Of a DNA stretch of 64,000 nucleotides, positions 45,506-53,306 are shown piece by piece. The stretch is from Candidatus Aegiribacteria sp. (lineage in GTDB: Bacteria > Fermentibacterota > Fermentibacteria > Fermentibacterales > JCC-6), in contig JAWOBF010000061.1 of NCBI GenBank assembly GCA_046498225.1, forward strand, positions 1 to 64,000. The letters are read 5' to 3'. The position numbers and the translations under genes were made by a program. The notes under the pieces are model-generated. The model did no database searches and had not been told where the DNA came from. It saw only the letters and a list, made by a program, of their open reading frames with translations. The number at the start of each line of letters is the position of its first letter. Position 1 is the first letter of the stretch.

Positions 45506-46745
45506 CGGCCTTCTCCAGTTCCAGTACCTGTTCTGGTCTGTCTGGTACAAGATACACCCTGCTCCAGCCCCGCGGGACCTCCGCGGAGAGGGATGAGGGG
45601 ACCGTTGTTCCGGTGAAGGTCCTGCCCAGGCACTCTCCGCGCGACCACAGGCCCACTGAACCGGAAATATTGCAGGATCTGACCTCCATGGCGAGCGTAC
45701 CCCTCCCGGACGGAACTTCCAGGCAGCCGAATCCCCAGGGACCGGTTAGCTTTCCTCTCCAGCCCGGCCCCGGTTTCACCCCTGAGGGGGAAAATTCGCC
45801 GCCGGAAGCCGCGGGAGGTCTTGGCCGGGGCATTCTCAGGGGTCTGGGAGCCAGCACCTCCCCCAGCACCTCCCGGGGAAGCTCAACACGGTCGGTCCCG
45901 GTCCTTCGAGCCCGTGACACGGCCCCGAGCCTCCACAGCCAGGGAATGCCCCTGAGCAGGCAGTACATCCTGGTCTTCCACTCTCTTCTCATCCAGTAAC
46001 CCGGAATCCCGCGGCCGGCTCCGCCCAGATACTTCCGGGTCAGGTAGGCGGAGGACCGTAGTTCCCATCTGAGGGCCGCCTTCCTTCGGCTGGAGGCGCC
46101 CATCATGTGAATGCCCTCCGCTTCGGGCTGGAGCAGGAGATCCATGCCCCCGGCCCTGAGCCTGAGGCTCAAATCGATGTCCTCGAAGTACATGAAGATT
46201 CTCTCGTCGAAACCTCCCACGCTCCTCAGGGCATCAGTCCGAAAAAGGGAGAGGGCTGCGGTAATGCAGGGAACCTTTCTCGCGCTTCTGTCCGGGAAGG
46301 GCTGGAAATGCAGCGAGTCCATGTCGTAGCCCCTGCCGTATTCGTTCATGGAGCAGCCGGCGCTGAGTGTCACCATAGGCCATCCCCACAGCCTCAGCAG
46401 CGGCTGCACTCCGGCCAGTCCCCTGTTTCCGCGCAGGGTCCGGACCAGCAGTTCCAGGTCCGCGGGTTCGATGGATGCGTCCGAGTTGAGCAGCAGCATG
46501 TATTCGGTCCTGCAGGCTTCCAGAGCCCTGTTGTTGCCGTAGCCGAACCCTCCGTTCCCCGGGTTCACCACCACCTCAGCCCCGGGGACCCGCTGCCTCA
46601 GAAGCTCCACCGTACCGTCTTCGGAGGCGTTGTCGGACACCAGTATCCTGCAGACCGGCTGGAGTTTCCTCAGCGTTTCGGACAGGGCCGGCACAAGACG
46701 CTCCGAGTTCCATGTGACCACCGCAGCGGTTATCTCCCTGCTCAT
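45495..46745 (-). CDS. Glycosyltransferase family 2 with C-terminal extension
   Basis: VVTWNS, SDNASEDGT, GFGYGNN, LLNSD, GGFDERIFMYFEDIDL. Confidence 0.92.
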   Translation of the reverse strand: MSREITAAVVTWNSERLVPALSETLRKLQPVCRILVSDNASEDGTVELLRQRVPGAEVVVNPGNGGFGYGNNRALEACRTEYMLLLNSDASIEPADLELLVRTLRGNRGLAGVQPLLRLWGWPMVTLSAGCSMNEYGRGYDMDSLHFQPFPDRSARKVPCITAALSLFRTDALRSVGGFDERIFMYFEDIDLSLRLRAGGMDLLLQPEAEGIHMMGASSRRKAALRWELRSSAYLTRKYLGGAGRGIPGYWMRREWKTRMYCLLRGIPWLWRLGAVSRARRTGTDRVELPREVLGEVLAPRPLRMPRPRPPAASGGEFSPSGVKPGPGWRGKLTGPWGFGCLEVPSGRGTLAMEVRSCNISGSVGLWSRGECLGRTFTGTTVPSSLSAEVPRGWSRVYLVPDRPEQVLELEKADYE

Positions 46746-47986
46746 GCCGGTCCCCCTCCGGCGTGGCACTGGGACAGCCTTCTGTAGAACCGGTCCGTTA
46801 CCCGTTCCCAGGTCCATTCATTCTTTACAAGCCTTTGTCCCGCCTCGCCCATGGACCTTCTGAGGGAGGGGTCGCGCAGAAGCAGTTCAGTTCTGTGCGC
46901 CAGGGTGGCCGTGTCACCGAAGGGGACCAGGAAACCGTTCTCCCCCTCCCTGATGATATCCGGCATTCCTCCGGACCAGCATCCTATCACCGGCCTGCCA
47001 AGCATCCAGGCCTCCAGCACCACGATGCCGAAGCAGTCCAGCCTGGAGGGAAGCATCACTACGTCGGCCGCCCTGATAAGGTCTATTCTATCCTCTTTTC
47101 TGATGTAGCCCGTCACCACGACCCTGTTCTCGAGGTCGGGGTTCCCGTGGACCTCCCGGTCCAGCAGGCGCTGGGCGTCGGGCATTACAGGCCCGGCCAG
47201 CACCAGGGTGGCCTTCAGCCCCCGGCCGGTGAGTTCGGCCAGCGTTTCCAGCATCTGTTCCAGTCCCCTGTCCCTGCAGTGGCCGGTAAGGCTCAGCAGT
47301 ATAGTGCCTTCCACGCCCAGACGGCGCCTGGCGGCTTCTCCGTCGGCCTTCTCGAACTCCTTCGGGTCAATGCCGCTTCCGGAGACGTGGACCCTCTCCT
47401 TCTCCACTCCCATCTCCAGGTAAAGGTCCCGTTCGAAACCGCTCTGAGCCACCACGAAACTGCTTTCTCCCAGTATTCTCCTCTGGCAGCCCCGAAAGTA
47501 GTGAAGGGCTTCCACCCTTCTGAACTTCTCACCCACGTTGGCGTGAGGAACGCATACCAGCCCGGAACCATGCCGCCTGCTGTACCTCCAGCCGTGGTAG
47601 AGGGCGAAGGGCATGGCATTCGCGTGGACAAGGTCGAACCCCCTGTCCCTGGACAGCCACCGGTTCAGAGAAGGCACGAACGGATTGGGATAGAAGAATC
47701 TGTCCCGTCCGCAGGGCAGGAGCCGCCTGAGAATGCCCCTGAGAATGTCCTGCAGGGGCGGGTGGCGGACGGGAAAACGCCTTATGATTATGCCCCTGTG
47801 GACGTCCCTGCGTCTCTCCACATGCATTCCGGTCCTGGATACCAGCCAGGACATGTCCCATGCGTCGGTTGCGCAGATAACCGAGGTGTGCCCCCTCGCG
47901 GCTCCGGCCAGGGCATGTTCCAGCACGTACCGCTCCGCTCCTCCGTGGTAGGGCCATGACCTGTGAACCAGGTGCAGTATCCTCAT
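46742..47986 (-). CDS. Glycosyltransferase family 4
   Basis: GGAERY; PSRLDCFGIVVLEAW (D in place of the first E of EX7E); ENGFLV. Confidence 0.9.
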   Translation of the reverse strand: MRILHLVHRSWPYHGGAERYVLEHALAGAARGHTSVICATDAWDMSWLVSRTGMHVERRRDVHRGIIIRRFPVRHPPLQDILRGILRRLLPCGRDRFFYPNPFVPSLNRWLSRDRGFDLVHANAMPFALYHGWRYSRRHGSGLVCVPHANVGEKFRRVEALHYFRGCQRRILGESSFVVAQSGFERDLYLEMGVEKERVHVSGSGIDPKEFEKADGEAARRRLGVEGTILLSLTGHCRDRGLEQMLETLAELTGRGLKATLVLAGPVMPDAQRLLDREVHGNPDLENRVVVTGYIRKEDRIDLIRAADVVMLPSRLDCFGIVVLEAWMLGRPVIGCWSGGMPDIIREGENGFLVPFGDTATLAHRTELLLRDPSLRRSMGEAGQRLVKNEWTWERVTDRFYRRLSQCHAGGGPA

Positions 47987-49110
47987 TCTCCGGCTATCCT
48001 CCTGTAGAATTCCAGAAGTCCCGCCGCAACGTCAGACCAGCGTACCCTTTCCACCGACTCGGACATGCGCCTGAGAACATCTGCCCGTGAGGGGTCCGAC
48101 AGTGCCGTCATCTCCTCGACCCATTGCTCCGGCCGGTCTGGGGACAGGAGCACGCCTCCCTCACCGACGGTTTCGGGAAGCGCGGTCGAACTGCTGGAGA
48201 CAACCGGTGTGTTACAGGCGAAAGCCTCCAGGACCGGAAGACCCAGCCCCTCGTAACGGCTGGGACACAGAAGGGCACGCGCGCCCCTGTAAAGGTCGGG
48301 CATGCGGCGGTCGGGCACTCCTCTGAGCACACGCAGTCCGGGGACATCCCTCATTCTCACGTTCCCCCAGCCGCCTTCCCCCACCATCACCAGAGGAATG
48401 TCGACCCCCCGGCGGCGGGATGCGGCGTAGGCCTCGATCAGCAACGGAATGTTCTTTCTCGGGACGAAATTGCCCACGTGCAGAAAATAATCTCCCGGAC
48501 TCAGTCCGTATTCCTGCATGACCTTCGTGGAGGGCGGTCCGGGGGCGAACTCGTCTCCGGCTGCGCCTCCCGCCACGTACACCCTCTCCTCGGGTACTCC
48601 CAGTGTCCTCACCATGCGGCTGGCGGTCCATCGGGATATTGCGGCGGCGAAGGCTCCCCCCCTTATCATGGCGGCCTCCCTCTCGGCGAAGGACACGGTG
48701 GCCTCAGTGTGCCATTCGGAATGCTCCAGGGCGGAGAGGTCGTATACCGTCACCACGGACAGGCTGCCCGGCGGATGGAAGGGCTGCACCCCGCTGTGAT
48801 GGTATATGGCGGGGCAGCCGGTGAGCCGCGCCAGCCTTCGGGGCCTCGATGAACGCTCCCAGCCCCTGCGAATCGGTATTCTTCTGACCAGCGGTATCTT
48901 CATGTAGAGTGGAGCGGGTGTTTCCAGACATTCCAGAGGGGGACCCGGGACTCCCGGATGCGCCGCCGGAACGTCCACCAGAACCAGCTCCACATCAAAA
49001 TCGGGCGCCCTCACCCTCATTGCCGCGGCAAGCCGGGTGAGGTACCTTGACACCCCTCCCACCGCGTGGGGAACCGGGCTCAGGTCGAATGCGGCCCTGA
49101 TGACGTTCAT
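47983..49110 (-). CDS. Glycosyltransferase family 4 (MtfB-like)
   Basis: GGVSRY, TVYDL, PRKNI, PSRYEGLGLPVLEA. Confidence 0.9.
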   Translation of the reverse strand: MNVIRAAFDLSPVPHAVGGVSRYLTRLAAAMRVRAPDFDVELVLVDVPAAHPGVPGPPLECLETPAPLYMKIPLVRRIPIRRGWERSSRPRRLARLTGCPAIYHHSGVQPFHPPGSLSVVTVYDLSALEHSEWHTEATVSFAEREAAMIRGGAFAAAISRWTASRMVRTLGVPEERVYVAGGAAGDEFAPGPPSTKVMQEYGLSPGDYFLHVGNFVPRKNIPLLIEAYAASRRRGVDIPLVMVGEGGWGNVRMRDVPGLRVLRGVPDRRMPDLYRGARALLCPSRYEGLGLPVLEAFACNTPVVSSSSTALPETVGEGGVLLSPDRPEQWVEEMTALSDPSRADVLRRMSESVERVRWSDVAAGLLEFYRRIAGE

Positions 49111-50693
49111 TCGGGGTAACCCCTTACCCAGACCGTATCGGACGGCGAAGCGCCGGGGAACAGGGGGGCCAGCGCGGCGTCGTGTATCTCCCTCTCCTCC
49201 GGAGTGTACAGCCATCTGTGGTACATCAGGGTCTGACCGGATTCAGGGGACGCGGACACCATCTCCTCCGCGGAAGGAAGGGCCGGAAGCCTTGCCATGA
49301 AAGAATACCTCCTGGAATACGATGACCGCGCCTGGAACCATGAATACCTTCGCACCCCGCCGTCCACCGGCAGTTCAAGCACAGTGGTCCCGGCTTCGAC
49401 CTCCAGGCAGGCGGAGGGAACGGAGGTTGGAAGAACCGGTATCGATGGAAGCGCCGTCTCGAGAATAAGCAGGGCGAATACTCCCCTTTTCCATCTGTCC
49501 TTCATGTTGGACACGACCATTCCGGCGCCCAGGGCCACGAGAACACCCGCGGGAATGGCGAACCTGGATGGAGCCCTCACCCCTCCCATCAGCGGCAGCT
49601 GCTGAATGGCCCGAAATGGGAGCGGAATGCCCGAAGGCCTTCCCAGCAGCTTAAGCTCAGGGCCGAGAGCCATCAGGCAGAACAGGACCACGACCAGGAG
49701 CAGTTTCCATCCGCGAGTCCTCCAGACGTACATGCCGAACAGGACCAGGAGGGTAAGCCCCGGTGCAACCACTCCCTCCGCCGCGTTGGGCATCCATGAG
49801 AATCTCATTGGAACGCCCAGAAGGCTTCCGGCGGTCCCGAAAGGCGAAGGAAGAAGGAACGACTGCGGCTCGGCGGCCCAGTACACCGCTTCCCTCCAGT
49901 CCGGGGAGAGGCTCCCCGTCTGCCCCGGAGCCGTGAGCAGCATGACCGCCGGCAGAGCGGTCGCCGCCGCCCAGACCAGTGCCAGCGCTCCCGCCCTTCG
50001 AAGGCCTGAACCGCGCACAAGACAGATACCCATGGCCGAAAGCAGAGCGAACAGTGAGATGAAGGGGCTTTCCATTCCCGCAGCCAGGATGGCGGCGGCG
50101 AACAGCGCCAGAAAGGCCCCTCCGCCCCTTCGGATGTAGAGGGTGGCGGCCCAGAGAGAGGCGGGAAGGGCCCAGCAGTTCGCGATCTGGTAATGCTGCA
50201 TGAGGTGGGCGGTCCTGGCGGGCAGCCAGGCCAGGGCAAGGGCGGTGAAAAGCGCGCCGTACCTGCCGGCCCCCCACGACCTGGCAAGAAGGTACCCGAA
50301 AAGCCCTGTGAGCAGCGTCCCAAACATCAGGGAGAGGCTGTGGGACAGCTCGGGCCGGGTACCGCCGGTTCCCAGGGCCCCGAAGAGGAGAGCGTCCAGC
50401 CAGCCCACGTGATCGTACGCCAGGGACGCTCCTTCCGGAGCGTATATTGCCGGGCAGAACCTGGGGTCCTGACCGGACGACAGCGCCCGGGAGACCCACC
50501 AGAAATGCCATGCATGGTGGTAGGGGTCGGCATCGCCGGCCACGGCCGGTTCCCTGGCGGTCACTCCGATTATCCCCGCGGTCCCGGAGGAGAACATCAT
50601 GATGTAGGGCATCAGCAGGAGCAGGAGTGCTCCCAGCGCCGCAGCGGTGAACAACCCCCCTCCCCGGTAACGGCCGCTATTCCCAGAGCACAT
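49107..50693 (-). CDS. Polytopic membrane protein, probable GT-C glycosyltransferase (YfhO-like)
   Basis: Acidic first loop GDADPYHHAW, IYAPEG, LGP..PF...RAPSRF, VLELP; about 11 TM segments. Confidence 0.6.
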   Translation of the reverse strand: MCSGNSGRYRGGGLFTAAALGALLLLLMPYIMMFSSGTAGIIGVTAREPAVAGDADPYHHAWHFWWVSRALSSGQDPRFCPAIYAPEGASLAYDHVGWLDALLFGALGTGGTRPELSHSLSLMFGTLLTGLFGYLLARSWGAGRYGALFTALALAWLPARTAHLMQHYQIANCWALPASLWAATLYIRRGGGAFLALFAAAILAAGMESPFISLFALLSAMGICLVRGSGLRRAGALALVWAAATALPAVMLLTAPGQTGSLSPDWREAVYWAAEPQSFLLPSPFGTAGSLLGVPMRFSWMPNAAEGVVAPGLTLLVLFGMYVWRTRGWKLLLVVVLFCLMALGPELKLLGRPSGIPLPFRAIQQLPLMGGVRAPSRFAIPAGVLVALGAGMVVSNMKDRWKRGVFALLILETALPSIPVLPTSVPSACLEVEAGTTVLELPVDGGVRRYSWFQARSSYSRRYSFMARLPALPSAEEMVSASPESGQTLMYHRWLYTPEEREIHDAALAPLFPGASPSDTVWVRGYPE

Positions 50694-52107
50694 AGGATAT
50701 CCAGCCGGTTCCCGTGAAGACCAGTTCCCTTCCCGGGACGTAGTTCGTTCCAGCCTTTCCCGGAAGCGGCTCGCCGTTGACCAGGCCCTTCCCCCACGCA
50801 GTTACGTAAGCGCCACAGGCTCCCGCTGGGCCGGTGAGAGACCGCCTTCCTTCGAATTTCCAGGTTACCGAGGGGGTGTCAAGCTCACGGACGAACCCGG
50901 TGGGAGGGTCCACCCATGAAGGGGAAAGTGAGCGGCGCTCCCCCTCTTCCGCATGGTCCCGCGTGAACTCCTCCGCCATTCGAACAGCCCGCTTCCAGTC
51001 TTCCCTCAGTCTCTTTACCGACCCCGTATCCTCCGCGTACATCCTGGCCGCCAGGGACAGTCCCTCCCTCAGCCGGTCATTCCTCAGCACGGCGTTCACC
51101 GCGGCGGGAACCCCCTGGACCATATTGTCAGGCGGGACCCTTATCACCGCATCGGATGGCATGTTAAGGAACGATCCGGAGGCAGATACAACAGGCGGGA
51201 CTCCGGCTCTCATGGCCTCCAGAAGGCTTCCCGAGGTTTCCCCGCAGGTGGGATGACGCAGGTCGAGGACCAGGTCCAGCGTCCTTATCCAGCTCTGGTA
51301 GAGCGCTTCTTCCAGCCTGCCTGTCCGCACGGTCCACGGAGGCAGTTCATCGGGGTACCCGCCTCCTATGAGCAGAAGTCCCGCATCCGGCTCCCGTTCC
51401 CTTACCTTCTCCATGGCCCTCATCACCTGCTCCAGGTTCCTTCCCGGATGGTAGCTGCCCACCATTCCCAGGCAGACTCGAAAGGGCTTTTCCATCTTTC
51501 GAAGCTCGGGAAGAGGGCTCAGCGGGTGCCCCAGGGTCATCACGGCTCCCGGGGGGTAGGAGTCACTGATGCCGGCGGCGGCGTAATCGTTGAGACACAT
51601 TGCGCTGGTGGAGCTGTTCACCGACCTTCCCACAAGGGGGTATTCCTTCAGGAGAGCGTCGTATTCCTCGCTGGAGGAGGCGGTTCCGGAAAGCTTCTTT
51701 TCAACGGCCTCCGCGGCGGGCCCGTAGCAGAACCGGAGCTCCCTCCTGTAATCGTCCATCCTTCCCCTTCTCAGGTATCCGTCCCTGAGCATGTGATGAA
51801 GCACCGTTTCATGGAACAGGGCTGTGCCGCCCATGGAGTAGAGAGCCTGCGCGATGGGAAAACAGTGGGGTGAGTTGCCCAGCTGGAATACTCTCACAGC
51901 CGGGACTTCGCTGTGGTCCAGCCTGTCAAGTGGAATATGGCGTGCAATTCCGGGGACTGAGTTCGGTTCGCCTCCCGGAGGACTCGCCACCACCCATCGG
52001 ATACGTTCCGAAGTGTGCTTCAGCACCCTCTCCGCGTATGTGGCCAGACCGGTCCGCATGGGAGGAAGTGGCGTTACGAGAAGAACTTCAGTCCTTTCCT
52101 CCGGCAT
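50677..52107 (-). CDS. Glycosyltransferase, GT4-like
   Basis: TPLPPMRTGLATY, QLGNSPH, LRHPTCGETSGSLLEAM. Confidence 0.85.
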   Translation of the reverse strand: MPEERTEVLLVTPLPPMRTGLATYAERVLKHTSERIRWVVASPPGGEPNSVPGIARHIPLDRLDHSEVPAVRVFQLGNSPHCFPIAQALYSMGGTALFHETVLHHMLRDGYLRRGRMDDYRRELRFCYGPAAEAVEKKLSGTASSSEEYDALLKEYPLVGRSVNSSTSAMCLNDYAAAGISDSYPPGAVMTLGHPLSPLPELRKMEKPFRVCLGMVGSYHPGRNLEQVMRAMEKVREREPDAGLLLIGGGYPDELPPWTVRTGRLEEALYQSWIRTLDLVLDLRHPTCGETSGSLLEAMRAGVPPVVSASGSFLNMPSDAVIRVPPDNMVQGVPAAVNAVLRNDRLREGLSLAARMYAEDTGSVKRLREDWKRAVRMAEEFTRDHAEEGERRSLSPSWVDPPTGFVRELDTPSVTWKFEGRRSLTGPAGACGAYVTAWGKGLVNGEPLPGKAGTNYVPGRELVFTGTGWISYVLWE

Positions 52108-52843
52108 CTCCCCTCCATACCCTCAGTCTCAGCCTCAGCAGCTGGACGAACATCTCGATTATGGGTCCAAGCCGCACCCATGCGAAGATACCGCTCCTGA
52201 AACTCTCGCAGGATACGCTGCCCGCCCTTCTTGGATAATGGGACACCGGCAGCTGCAGGACCCGCATTCCCAGCTTCCTGGGAAACAGCAGCAGCTCCAG
52301 GTCGGCCACGCTGGAGGTGGACCTTATCTCGAACCTGTTGAAGATATCCCTTCTAAAGAGCTTGAAGGAGGAGTCGACGTCACGGAAGCCTCCCCAGAAC
52401 AGAAGATATGTAAGGGTATTGTAGGCGAAGGAATACATCAGCCTCATCAGGGGGTCTTTCCTGTTCCTTCTGAAGCCGGAAACAACGTCCGCTCCCTCGC
52501 GAATGAGCCAGAGTGACTCCAGCTCCCTCAGGTCGAACTGACCGTCGCAGTCCGTATAGAACACCCAGGGCATGGACGCGGTCCTGATACCCGTCCAGAC
52601 CGCCCCGCCTATTCCGATGTTCACCGGGTGGCTGACGGCCCTGACGTTCCGGTGTTCCCCCGCCAGCTTCCCCGCTATTCGGGCGGTACCGTCGGAGGAC
52701 CCGTCATCAACAACTATGATCTCCCCGGGAATGTCCAGGTGGTCCAGAACCTCCATGATCTTCCCGACCATGTACTCCACGTTCTCTTCCTCGTTGAATG
52801 CGGGAAATACTACGGAAAGACCTTCGCGATTCTGCTGTGCTAT
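52088..52843 (-). CDS. GT2 polyprenol-phosphate glycosyltransferase (DPM1-like); probable ATA start
   Basis: LSVVFPAFNEE (upstream of the ORF-track start), VDDGSSDGT, DCDGQF, SGFR, DVDSSFKLF. Confidence 0.88.
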   Translation of the reverse strand: MAQQNREGLSVVFPAFNEEENVEYMVGKIMEVLDHLDIPGEIIVVDDGSSDGTARIAGKLAGEHRNVRAVSHPVNIGIGGAVWTGIRTASMPWVFYTDCDGQFDLRELESLWLIREGADVVSGFRRNRKDPLMRLMYSFAYNTLTYLLFWGGFRDVDSSFKLFRRDIFNRFEIRSTSSVADLELLLFPRKLGMRVLQLPVSHYPRRAGSVSCESFRSGIFAWVRLGPIIEMFVQLLRLRLRVWRGDAGGKD

Positions 52844-52927
52844 GGGACGCCCCCCGGAAAAATTCCTCGGTCAGATGTTGTCCGGTGAAAAATAGCCCAA
52901 CGGAAGGATAAAGTCTACACTTCCGCT

Positions 52928-53242
52928 TCAGGCGGAGGTGTGGAAAACGGAGGGGTTCTCCCTTCCGCAGAGCACCACGCATCCGCTGCCCCCGGCGTCG
53001 ACCACCCACTGCAGGTCGAACCTTACCGGGGTTCCATCCCTCCAGCTGTCCGCGAGGTACCAGCAGCCTTCGGGACCGGCAAGCTTTCCGGTGAGCATTC
53101 CCTTCTCCATCACCAGCAGAGAATATCGGCTTCCCAGGGTTCCGAATACGCTCATCGAACGGGCCTGCAGAGGGCTTTCCGGGGAAGGTTCCCATCTTCC
53201 GGAATCCTCCGGCCGGCTGTTTATGAACAGGATTTCATCCAT
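52928..53242 (-). CDS. Hypothetical protein (104 aa)
   Basis: GGAGGT 3 nt before ATG 53242; fills the gap after mutS. Confidence 0.5.
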   Translation of the reverse strand: MDEILFINSRPEDSGRWEPSPESPLQARSMSVFGTLGSRYSLLVMEKGMLTGKLAGPEGCWYLADSWRDGTPVRFDLQWVVDAGGSGCVVLCGRENPSVFHTSA

Positions 53243-53306
53243 GATACCTCCCGGTCTGGTTTCCGGGTGTATCATAACATCTGGACAAGCGGATGTAAAC
53301 ACCTGT

